From positions 186,001 through 250,000 of the forward strand of contig CDRNST010000392.1 in the NCBI GenBank assembly GCA_977016875.1: a DNA stretch of 64,000 nt, given 5' to 3'. The translations under genes and the position numbers were made by a program. Positions 26,901 to 39,200 of the stretch are shown piece by piece (within the stretch, counting starts at the first letter, position 1; every line of letters begins with the position of its first letter). The notes below the pieces were generated by a model. The model did not search any database. It had not been told where the DNA came from and saw only the letters and a list, made by a program, of their open reading frames with translations. This stretch comes from Pavona decussata (taxonomy: Eukaryota).

Positions 26901-29487
26901 TACACCCTTAACGCAAACAAATATCTGTTGTAAACCATGCGAGAATTTTCCTGCAGAAAGCTTTTCGATTATTCTGAAGAGCTAATTTTGCAGTAAACAA
27001 TAGCGCACGCAATAAAGAACCCGAGGTTATCATGAATTTTTAACTTCCAAGGTTAATGGGATTTTTTTCGGGAGTTTCTATCACGCGACGTATACACTGC
27101 CAACAAACGACGGCACGCAATACAACCGTTTCAATTTACGTCGGCGTATTTGCACGGCGCCATTTGTTCGTTTGCTCTTGTTAAAAGGTCTGTGTGTCTT
27201 AGATTGTGTCGAGTTGCTAAACATGACGTCCACAGACTGAAAGCTGGATGCCGTGTTGATTCAACTATTATTTAGGCACAGCATTCTGTCAAAACCGCAA
27301 TTAAACAAAGCATCCCAACACACACCAGGAACAGCCATGTTGTCACACAGCCAGCAATATCGATCATGTCATGTCAATTTCACGGAAAAAAATGTCACGC
27401 ACATCTTTCCCAGAAAATAATTTACCGACAACATCGAACTGCATTTTAATATCATCGAAACGAAACATCAATAGAAAGCATCTCGTTCTGTAAACATCCC
27501 AAATAATGGAGGCTTTTTATGCCCGTAATTAAAATTTGTTGGATTAACTGTGAAATGTCCCACGACCCGAATTTTTTTTATTGTTCGGCGTTTCCGCCCG
27601 AGTGGAGAAAATTAAAATCTTTGTGTACAATTCTTTTGCTCCAAACAACCGAATTTCCAAAGAGGGGCTCGAGTAATTTGCATGTATTTGTTATTATTGC
27701 TGTCATTAAGTGTTATACTCTTCATTCTAGAATGATACAACTTTTTAACTGGCTCAAACTGTCGTTCTAATGAAAATATGGCACCTTTCGTCACTATTAA
27801 GTTTTTAATTCTTTCGGTCAAATCCATCTTGCTTTAATCCTTTAACGAACGATCACTTAAAACATCGAGTTGGCTGGAAAGCTACAAACGTGTGATTTTA
27901 TGCATGTTTAAATACAAAAATATTTTGGACATGAGTCAGTAATGGTAAATCTTACCGCGGCAGGAAATGACTTCATGAGATCTTCTGAAAACTAGACGTA
28001 CACAGACGTGGAAAAATTATCAAAACTAAATTTCCTCGGTAGAGTAACAAGTTTTACTAAATTAAAATCAGTTTTTAATTTATACTTTTCAATTTCTTTT
28101 TACGAGATGTAGAACCAGAATGTAGTTTAAGGCCAAGGTTGGGTGGTTATAAAAGATAAACACTTCGAATTCTGAATTCTTTCTGCGCTCGAAAGGAAAT
28201 TCTTCTCGATGACAATTACTGCCATAACAACAACGAGTGAGCTAAGATCTGGAAAAAGTAATCGTCTGTAAAAAATCGGATTTTGTTGTTCAGCAGATTG
28301 AAAAGTTTATGTCCGCTTCAAAAATTCTTGTGATCTTTTCCAGCCACCAAAATAGAGTAACACCAGTATTGAATGTCGCAGACGGATTTGAGAAAGTTGT
28401 ATGAACTTGCCCAAACGGAAATACATGTGTACGTTCTTGAAACTGATAAAATACATTTTGCAAAACAGTGGGATCGAAATTGTTTATGAAATCCAACAAT
28501 CGCCATTATTTCTCCTGCCGGTATTTTTGCAAATCGATCGAGAGAATTATTAAACTATCAAATTAAGGGCTTGTATCACAATGGCCTTCGAAGCATGAAC
28601 TGCTAAGTCTTGCAATTGATATAATCTATAGATTCCGTAAAGTGAGCGGTATTTTTCAAACAAGTTCACTAATTTTCGGTCTCTGTTTCGAGACAGCACG
28701 CACAATAAATGTTTACAAGTTAATCTTCCGTTCGTGAATAGGGTCTTTGTATTCACAATCTCAGAAGTAAACTTTGGACTACCAATCATTCCAAAGTCAC
28801 ATTAGTTCTGGAAACAAATACTATCCTTTTAGGTTTCGGCCGTGAATTGAAAGATTTATCGAAATCATTGATTTATTTATACAAAGAGGGCTGCAAAATT
28901 CGAACAAAAAATTATCCCAGCTAAGCATATTTGACTCGGGACCCCGCTGCGAAACTGGAGTGTTGTACTGAAAGTGCTTGTAAAAATATTTGCACATTCT
29001 ATCAAATTTTTATAATTCAAAAGCAGGTTTAACGCGCAAAGGAAATTTGTTTTAATTTTCAATGACGCCAATATTCGAGCACAGAGCTCTAGGCAATTTA
29101 GACAAAGCAATAGTCGAGTTTACCGCATACAAAATAAACGGCAAAATTAAAAAACAAATGTTGTGTCTTCGGCATTCGCGTTCAAAAGTATCAGAAATTG
29201 ATTTGGCGTCAGTGCAGCAGACTACAGTCGCGAGCGGGATATCATATCATTTGATTTAGAGGGTGCAAGTTTAACCTTCTTATATCATTGAGTCGCGCAA
29301 AGATCAAGAGGAAATAGACACATGCAGTCTCTTACCTTGTGGTACTGAATGCTCCATTGAGACAAGAATCGCAAAATCGATGCCCACAAACGGAAACTTG
29401 TACGGCGTTTCGAACTGGCAGATGACAAATTCGGCACAATAAATTTTCGCTCACGGCCGGGACGAAAAATGCTCGATACCCCGGCAT
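17535..29487 (-). CDS. TRAF4: TNF receptor-associated factor 4-like (TRAF-A), ~623 aa: RING + 9 TRAF zinc fingers + coiled coil + MATH
   Basis: Exons (minus): 29487-29336, 25781-25727, 22919-22815, 22271-22110, 21558-21382, 20286-19840, 19543-19466, 18885-18808, 18152-17535; total 1872 nt. N-terminus MPGYRAFFVPAVSENLLCRICHLPVRNAVQVSVCGHRFCDSC...CPVD is a C3HC3D RING like TRAF4 (MPGF...QVSTCGHRFCDTC). MATH domain: SPPFYTSPYGYKF...GNGSGEGSHLSLYVRLLPGEYDALLKWPF...SFSPDPNWKSFQKP...LGFGYPQFVSH. Confidence 0.92.
20421..20597. mobile_element. ~175-bp palindromic MITE family (other copies ~21205-21370, 38072-38247, ~56860-57016)
   Basis: aataggccatttccgagttgc...gcgaggctaagtgcaaa ... tttgtacttagcctcgc...gcaactcggaaatggcctatt. 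Confidence 0.8.
23463..23607. other. Assembly gap
   Basis: Run of N in a TRAF-A intron. Confidence 0.99.
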
Positions 29488-31543
29488 CGTTCACGAAAAT
29501 TATTTCGAAGAAGCCGCTCTCTGTTTAGGTCCCTTTCACCGCAACCGCTTATCTGATGTTGAAAAAATACCTGCTCAATCGACGGAGGGCAGTTTTATGT
29601 CACTCTGAGAAGTTGTTGTGTTTTGAATAAATTTTGCATATGACTTAACTTGATTGGGCATGCTCAGAACAATGAAGTCACAACAGACGTGACACAGTCA
29701 TGGAACATGTATTTACATGACAAGGATTTGGGTGAAATCCAGCGCCTTCGATACTTCCGGTTTGGATTTAACGCCTCTTCAAGATAAATACTCTGGAAGG
29801 GAGCGCTTGTTACATTTCCGAGGTTGTAACGCCTTTTTTTCTTCAGCCGCGCGGCAGAACTTGAAGGCCCCCAATGCCCCCCATTGTTTAAAACTTCAGG
29901 TAGCTGGTTGTAGCTATAAGCTACCGGTTGGATTTGGAGTAAAAGCAGTTATTTATAATAGCGGCATTGTCTTAAACTCTCTTATCACATGTGCTCATTC
30001 TTATGATAAAGATTTTGGAGATGAAAAACACCTGGTTTCTGACAACTCGAACTCTATTGCAAAATGTTCCACGGATTGCAATAATACCCTTGTTTACTTT
30101 TTCAAAACCACAGGAATGTTTCTTCACATGGAAAGCAATTTTTTGCTAAGGATGACAGAGGAAAAGTTCAATTTTTTCAAGAGATGTGTCAACGCATGAT
30201 ATAAAAGGGCCAATTTTACAACAGTACGACACATCCGCTTCGTTGTTAACAAGATAAGAGCATTGTTTTAATAAACCATTGTGAGTCATTTCTCAGCAAT
30301 GTGGTTGAAAACCAAAATTTTTCGCTTAACGTCGTGTTAAAAAGTCTAAAAATATTTGTTCACGCAGAGCAGTTGAAAGCAAAAGATTTGAATATGGTTT
30401 TGGGTTACATGAATTGCAAAAAGAAGATCGATCAAAACAGACAAACGTGACTATACTATAATTAGGGGTAAGGTTGGTTGTTCGACGAGAATGACAGCAA
30501 AATGGCAGTGCTTGAAAACTGATGCAAAAATGAATCACAAAGCCGCCTACGCACAAAAGGATTAGTTTACCATCCGTTTTTGTTTTCTAACCTGGTGGTG
30601 AGAAAATCTTTAAAATATTGGCCTTAATTAATTATTCACAATGAAATAATCAGTTTGCCATTCCTTTGCCTTTATTCTGTTCAACTTGTCAAGTCTCTTC
30701 CAAAAGTTGTAGTTAAAGATAACACGCAAGCAAAATTTGTTTTAGAAATATCGATAAAATGACTTTTTTGGCAGTAAAAAAAAAACATCTAAACATGAAA
30801 CTTTTTTCAATACTAAGTACGTCAAAATATCGAGCTGCGTATATATAAAAAAAAAGATTTTGTTTTACTCAAACTGCCGCGGAAGTCACCGGAAAGAAAA
30901 TTAAAAATTATCATTAACACAATTTAGACAATCCGGGAGTGTTCTTTCCACAAAAGTAACGCGTGTTAATTTGAGAACTATGATGATGCATTGCTTTTCT
31001 AGTCGGTGTAAATAATTGACAGCATGTGGAACTAAGCGACAGCTGCACATTTTAAAAAAATAACTCACATGGTAGCCGAGAAGAATTGTGTAAGCTGTTG
31101 AGATCACTTCTGGAAAACTCGGCTAAGTCTCACTGGGCGGATAAATTAGGCTCTTTTAACATTTGGAAGTTACCAAGTTACCGGTATGCTTAATTGGAAA
31201 AAAAATTCGTTGTGAAAGTCTCCGGACACGTGACTTAACATTCCATTATCCTTTGCACTCCCCCCCGCCGGGGCGGAACTCCTCGCAATTTTTGGTGAGG
31301 GGCCGTACGGTTCGGTTCACCAAATTCAGACCAAAATATGTAATTTTCCAGTACTCTTTTTCAGACCTGCTTTCTATAATCCATACCTGTTTCTGTAAAA
31401 TCCATACCCGTCAGTTCAGAGTCTCAGACCATTGAAATGGGTAAAGTCTTTTCCCTATTTCAGACCAGAACGGCTAAAAAACCATAAAGCAAATAATCTA
31501 AGAAAAGAGCAAGGCTGATTTCACGGTCAGGGAAGTATATTTT

Positions 31544-31580
31544 CCAATATTTCGAAAGGCACGGCCTTTCTTCTTCAGGG
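31544..31580 (-). ncRNA. Minimal hammerhead-like motif (PLE pseudo-LTR remnant)
   Basis: Minus strand cc-CUGAAGA-A-GAAAGGC-cgu-GCCUUUC-GAAA-UA-UU-gg. Perfect 7-bp stem II, but stem I is only ~2 bp. Confidence 0.5.
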
Positions 31581-34415
31581 TATGTTTGAGACGTACACAC
31601 CTATATAGCTTACGTAAGCCCACGGCTTTTCGCTTTTTGACCGCGCGAAAATCAACTTTTGCGCATCGAAACCTATGGCTGACGTTTGTTTCTTAGGCTA
31701 GACTATTCAGCCGTGACTAGACTGTGGTCTGTCCACAGTCGAATCAATAGCTTTACACTACGCTCGGTGCTTTTACAGACTATCTTATCTAGCCACCCTA
31801 GGGCTAAAAAGAAAACATTCACGTACCTCTGCGCATGTCTGCGTGGCTAGTTTCCCTCGCAACCGTTCCAGGAGGAGCGTTGCGTGACGAGCGAGGCAAT
31901 CTCGTTTCCAGAGCCCACGTGTCTTTTGGTCAGCGGTGACCAAAAGACATGTGGGCTCTGGGAACGAGATTGGTTGCGAGGGAGACCACTGCGCATGCGT
32001 GGCTTATATATGAAACGTATGTGACTTCCATTCACTAGTGCAATTTATTTGGATTTTTATCTTTGCTTCTAGGCTAGCAACGCAGTGAACTATATTATTT
32101 ATTTATTTTTAACGTTCAATAATCATGTGACGTCTAAGTGATAATACTGCCTTGTTGTCCTAGAATAATTCAACTAAATTTTGTTGCAATTAAAACGCGA
32201 TACTTAGCTGCAAGTTAGCTGGCGTTTGCCAATGTAAACATGGCTTTTTCTAGGAACCCATGCCTAAAAATGAGCTCGACCACTGGATCAAGCACAGTTG
32301 TGGGCGAGTACAGAGTCACTTCACCCACTGATCACCTGTGATTGGTCATTTAACTATAAATTTACATCACAGAGTGTCCCCTAGCCGTAATCCTCGCCTA
32401 AACACTGTACACTGTCTAAACACAAGTTGTTCTGTCAAACATGAGCTCATATAAAAATGGCAGATGATTTAGTCTAATATGAAGTACTTAAACGCAAAGT
32501 CATGTGCACTTCTGGACACAGTAGCGAGAAGGCCTCGTTCCCAGGCTTCGTCGCGCTCTATCGAGCGAGCCGAGCTTCATACTCGGAGGCTTGGAACCGA
32601 ACTCGCTTTCACGAGACGACGTCATATTGGACCACGCCAAAGACAACTAGGAACGAGGCTTACCCGACCACATTTTTGCGACAGTTGTTAGACACTATGC
32701 AATCCAGATTACGATCATGATTACCTATTACCGTTGAAATAATGCTTGACGTGTACGTACTTACACTATTTTATCTTTCTCCTCTCAGTTTTGCTTGAAC
32801 CGGAACTCAATTGAGTCAATTAGAGCAATTCTAACTAAAGTTTCACCAGTTGATTCTTGTTGTTAATTAGGTTATCAGCTCGGCATTTACATGGCGTCAT
32901 TATTCAGAGATGAGGGCGCAGCCCGAAAAAATAATCACGCTTAGATCTCGAGAGTGAATAGACTGAATGATCTAATTGTTTTAGTAATGTAAATCTTAAT
33001 TTAATTTCTGCTGAATTGACGAGGTTTACTATAGGGTTTATGACAAACGACAAACATCAGATTCGCATTTACGTTTCCTGAAAACGGAATAAGTAAATAG
33101 ACGAGAATACTGCAAAAATAATTCCGGCTGGCCTTTGATGCCATTGCGAAACTACACTTTTTCTCTTAAAAACAAAATCAGCGAGCGGCAAACGTAGGAT
33201 ACCGTGGTCACGTGGTCATTTATGCCGTCTGTCGTGAACGGGTATGTCCAACAATGCACGCTAATGAGATTCATGACCCGTATGATACAAGGTGCCCCCT
33301 AACCTTAATTCTCACTAAAACACACCTAATTCTGTCAAACATAAAGTCATATGAAAACGACAAAAAGGCCTGTTTTATATGAAGAACCCAAATTCAGGGT
33401 TAGGTGCATTTCTGGACATAAGTGGAGACGTAAACGTTATCCTGAAGCTCTCTGATGAAACGTCTTTTCGCCACAGTTCTATCTCCATCGCAGAATGTAT
33501 GATTGGCATTTTTGCCATTGTAGTAACGCCCGCGGAGTCTCGCCGAGTGAGCGAGGAAATGGAAGGGGCGTGCGTGTGAGCTTTCCACGCGAGAATCTAC
33601 GTTTCCGCGAGTGTGTGTTTTCGGCGACTCGCTGTTTTGTAGTCTAAGTGAGAAGTGTAGTTAAGCAGATTACAGCATTCGCGATAAAAAGCTAGTGGAT
33701 TTGTAGTTAAATAAATTATAAACACCTATTAACAAAACAACGTTAAGTCCGTTGCAGTAACATATAAAACAGCAAGAAAGTGTTATCGTTTAAGTACATT
33801 GGAATTGAACCACGGGTTAGAGAAGATCTCCCTATAAACATGATGAGCTTGTTTGTCGTATCATTTAGGTGTCATGCATTCATTATTTACGGTTTGGTAC
33901 TCAAGAAAGACTATTAGGGTTATCGTACAACTTTATGAAGTATGAAACGTTGAAAATATATGAGAACAAGTACCTCCGAGAGGGTGAGTATGAAGATGAA
34001 TCCGTGCCCTCAAAATGAGATTCCCCTGTTTTGTTCGCCGTTCTGTCAAAATTCCAACGTGTAAACCCGTCACTTTTGTATGGGAGCTCACCCTCCCTGG
34101 CAAATGGTTGATTTTCCTACCGAACACCGATTGCTTTGAAACTCCAAATTTAAACAGCATGCGTGCAAATAACCATTGCGAGTCCTTATTTCCGCTTAAG
34201 CGCTTTCAAACTGGGTGCCTCTACCATCTTACTTTTCAATCCATGTAAAAAAAACTTCAAACGTGAAATTTGTGGTGGGTTCAAGCTTCGAAATGAAGTT
34301 ATGGATGCGAGCGGCGCACGTTACACTAAGAGGTGCACTGAAATTTAAAGTGGCGCTAATACTGTATTGTCATGCGCTGCTCTATTGTTTCGTAGCAAAG
34401 GAAACGTTCAACTTC

Positions 34416-36184
34416 CTACGGCTCGCTCAGCCCATCGCAATCAACGGAGATCTTCACAAAGATGGTGTCTTCCTTCAGGTAGTTTCGAGTTTCAATCTCT
34501 TCTTGTTTGGCGAATTTTGCTCCCCCAAAGCTGGCGTTCTTCTCGAGTTTCGGTCTGCCGAGGAACGGCTCGTTTTCTGGGCATGGGTTGGGCTTGATGC
34601 TGAATTTGATGTGTTTTCGCTGTGCGTGGTCTTCGTCTTGATCCAGCAAGTAGAAAGTGACTCGGTAGTCAAACGGCCATTTTAGGAGACTGTCGAACGC
34701 GCCTAATACAAAAAGACATCGAGTTAGGCAAGAAAACAGCCAGTGATTCAGGCATAGCGATTGAGGGTTTAAAAGCGTTAAAACACACCCGGTTCTAGTC
34801 TGAAATGTCAGCCGTCTCCTCTCCCTAACCCACAGGGGGCGCGGGTTAGGGGGGGTGGGGGGGGGGGGAGACGGCTGACATTTCAGACTAACCCGGTTCG
34901 GGAAAGAGAATTAACTCTGCAGTGTCTCTTGTAGTACTAAGTGAACCATGAATTTCCCACTGAGCGTTAACCCGTGAAAGGAAATGGGAGATCACACGAG
35001 GCAAAGAAAAAGGAAAAATTCCGACTTCGGAGGAAATTGAACCCACTACCTCCGGATTTGATCGTCCGTTGCTCTACCGACTGAACTACGAGGCCAATCG
35101 AGAGCAAGTTGTGAGTGATTATGGTGGTAATTGCGGCAATGCGAATGTGAAGGGTACAAATGAATGTTACTTATATATAGCCCGTTGAGGCATGACTCAT
35201 TCTTTGGTTAAGACTCCCAGCGAAGTTAAAAGTTAAGCTGCACCTCATTTATTCCAACCCAATTCTCGGTGTTTAGAAATCTCCCTCGTGTTTGATATAT
35301 GGCGCCACAACAGGTCACGAGATAAAGGGTTCCAATATTTTACGCTAAATGAGTTGATGATTGTAAATAGTTTTAATTTTATATGTTTGTGATTGTTTTA
35401 GATTTCAGATTTTAGAATGTTAATTTGGGGAAATTGTTTTGTATAGGGCTAACCTCACGATTTTCCCTTTCAGGAAATGTTTTTATTTTGTTGATTCCTG
35501 AATAAAATATTATGTTTACGTTGTGTTATGTTATCATGGAGAACGAAGAAAAGATTGCGCACCTGTATACTATAGATGTAATCGCACAAGTAAGAAGGAC
35601 TACTGCAAGAATTAGACATACATAGTCGTGTAAAGAGGTTCAAACGTTTTTAGCATGCGGAATAGGTCAACTCTACCCCACCTTTGCACCTCTCAGCAAG
35701 TTTTCTACTTTTTCTGATTACTAACTTGATCTTCCTCACCTTTCAGCACACTGATAAACACGGACATATGCGTCCCTTTTCCTTTTCCGTCACCGTTCAA
35801 ACACACGGAGGCGCACAGGCGGTAGCCGTGTTTACTGGTGGTGAATGTCGGACTAAACAGCGTGTCTCCGTTTCCAGCCTTCGCTTCCTTTAATTTACGC
35901 GTGTAGTCTTCGATTCGCCAGATCAGCTGACTGTTGGCAATTTTCTCGAGATCTCCCACGCGTTTATCCACGCCCTTGATGAGGTCAACGTTTTCTTTTA
36001 GTGTGAGTTCGTGTTTGTTTAGTCGCTGTTCTTGCTCTGAGATTTTCGCGAAGATTGCCTTGACGTGGTCGATCATGGCGCTCTTGTAATGCTTTGGCAT
36101 TTTTTCACGGCTGCACTGTTTAAAAAAAAAGTTCATAAGTAAAAGCCTAGCTTAGCTAGAAGACTTGACACTGAAATAAGGTTT

Positions 36185-36222
<38 letters not shown>

Positions 36223-39200
36223 TATCATCATCATCATCAGAGAACCATAACAATTTCAATTACAAAGTACAGAATTGGTGGCTGATTAGACTGTAAGAAG
36301 TATCACGCGAATATGATGTCATTTCAAAACCCAAAAATTAATGCTTGTCTGTCAACAGAAACAAAGAAATAATTGTCTAGTTTTGTTATAAATTATCCTG
36401 AATCCAGTGCAATAAAAATGTTGTTTAGTGCCTCTGACTAGAGACAGAGTAGGTTGGAATGGATTGAAACTTGAAAAATGTTAGGCTATCGTTTTTCAAT
36501 TTCTCCGGCGCATTTTTGTTTCTAAAATGCGCTACACCTGATCACGAGTTAAAGTTGTTCCTTTAAAGAAGTGAGTTGATTTCTTTCCTCTCTTTGTTCT
36601 AAAATTAATTTGTAATTAATTTGGTCTTGTTTAACAAAAAAGGTTGAAAACCCCATGATACTTTCCCTTTAAGAACATGTTCAATATGTAGTTCATGGGT
36701 AATAGAGCAAATGGCGGGATTCTCGTAAAGTAGACGCAGGTATGAAGGTGTGGGAAGGTGTTTGGTGAACGTTACAGGGTTTTTTTTCTATGTCGTTAAA
36801 AAAATTTTTGCTTATGGATATTAATGCACCGAAAAAACTCTGAAACGCTTGCTAAGCAGACTACGAGTCGTGTTTCTGACAGGAGGCAGTTGTCCAACAG
36901 GGCCAATAGCAACCGGGCTGTTGTGCATTTTGTGAGGCATACTCAAACAGGCGTCAATACGTTTTTTTCCTCCCAGGCATGCCAACTAAGGTCTCAGTTT
37001 CAATGCTATATTACTAAGTACTATTAGTGTCCATAATTGCAGGCCTGCGGGGGAACCGTTTCTCGAAGGTCCCGGTAACTTACCGAGTCCGATAAGTGTC
37101 TTTGAAATGTTTCTTAACAGAAGAAAATTTTTGTTAGCTTTGAATACTAAATTTTAAAACCTTACAATTCTATGAAAACATTGGCCAAGTACCATGTCTA
37201 AAATCACTGTGTAATAGGCGGAAAATCAATAGGCAGGCGCGTAGCTAAGGTTTCGATAGGGGTGTTCGTTGAGCCCCAAATCTTGCTGAGCGCCGGAGCT
37301 CTTACTAGGGGGTCCGGGGGCATGCTCCCCCTGAAATTTTTGAAAATCTAGGTTCCCAGAAACCTCATTTCCTGCATTTTGAGACCCATTTTAGGCAAAT
37401 CACAACTTTCTTTTACAGCAGCCTTTTAAGCTATATACATCACTTCGACGGCATAATTGTTTCAACTTAAACAAGAAAGTTCAACGTACATCCCGCGCCC
37501 TGTCAAGTTCTGATAGCTATTCGATCTGCTGATAGTCATACACCAAGCTGGTCAACTGCATCATTCTCGGGTGTAGGCCTTTGAACAAATTGACTATCTC
37601 GTCAAGACTGACAGGCATATCATATTTGATATGCATTAGAGCCAGGGCGGACAGCCTACTCTCTCCTCATTGCGCTTATGGAACGTTCACATTCACAAGT
37701 GAATGTTCTCAGGCGAACTTGTACGTAATTGCGGGTGAAACTCAACAAGGCTTGAACTATTAAGTTTGAAGTGAATCTCATTTCAGAACAATGCCGCATT
37801 CAGAGAACAAAACGTATCGCAAAGCATGCTTTTCTATGGCTTTTTCGGGCAAAAAATGAAACGTCATTAAAATTAATCTCCAAGGGTTCTTGACAATTTT
37901 TATTTTTACTGAGGATGAGACATAAGGCCTAAAGAACGGGTTTATATCTCAATTTTCTTTGGTTGATGTATTTCGACCATAGGAACTTTATTTAAAAGTT
38001 TTTCTTCCGCCATTATTGATCTTCAAAGGGGGTTCGTTCGAACCCCTCGAGCCCCCCCTCCTACGCGCCTGATAGGCAATTTCCGAGTTACTGTGAACCT
38101 CACTATGAAAGCAAGGCTAAGTGCAAAACTTTTCATATGAAAATTAGTTTTGTTTGCAGATTAATGAAAACTAATTTTCATCACAAAAACTTTGCACTTA
38201 GCCTCGCTTTCATAGTGAGGTCCAAAGCAACTCGGAAATGGTCTATTAAGTTACCGGGTCTTTCGAGAAACGGGCCCCAGCACCGTGCCATTTCAATTTT
38301 ATGGATGTCGTTGGGTCTTTTAAAAACAAGGTTTGTGAAAGCAAAGAGGTTGGAGAGACTCACCCTGTGAGTGCAACCGATGACTTCAAAATCACACACC
38401 ATCTTCGTCTTAGGACAAATCTCCTCGATGTGTTGATCCAGCTGTGAATGAAAGAAAAGTATTAGAAACGATTACACCTTATAATATTAAACTGGCTGTA
38501 CATAGCTTTCTTCAGTAAGTTTCACCCGAAACTTTGTTGCTACAGAAGAAACTATGTACACTCACTGGGGGAAACTCATTCTCATAAACAGCATAAATTT
38601 AATACTTTCCATTTAGCTACTGTATTTCCTGGCATACTTAATCTGTAATGTGACTGTTAGTATAAATATACCATATTTTGAAAATAAAAGCCATTGTAAC
38701 CGACGAGGACGGAAGATCCATCGAAGCGAATTCAAAATGTAAAGGAGTCGTCCTGTTATTTAAACTTTTTATAATTGGTTTAAACACTCGCGCCACATTC
38801 GCAGCAACCAATCAGAAGTCTAGCCAAACCAAATAATAACATTGTAATAAGTACATAATAATGGTAACTTGCGCGCGTGTTTTCCCGCGCTTAGCACCGG
38901 CCACACACATTTGCTTTGAATTCTGGACGGTTCATAGTGTCAGTTGTATCTACCGTGATTGATCTAAGTAATTACTCTAATTGAGTTTGAACGACGGTTG
39001 ATTGAAAACTGCTCTATGTTGCGTGAACATTTTTCAAAGAGGACCAATTGGAAGTGCGGCGAGGAAGTGGAGATTCATTCGTTTCTCGTCCCGTCGGAAA
39101 AAAAAAAGCCACGAAGAATACAAATAAGCTCTTCCCCCAAAACAAACACATCAACCAACATCTCGGGTGATCCGATGATTGGTGGCAGTAGGTTACCCAA

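Noticed and set aside
29717-30199. 160-aa plus-strand ORF upstream of TRAF-A
   Set aside because: No recognisable domain or splice structure; probably a chance ORF.
34215-34685. 156-aa plus-strand ORF and similar antisense ORFs over TRAF exons
   Set aside because: Shadow ORFs antisense to real MATH-coding exons.
35020-35100. tRNA gene
   Set aside because: Only A/B-box similarity with no proper acceptor stem; the shared flanking body sequence indicates a SINE.
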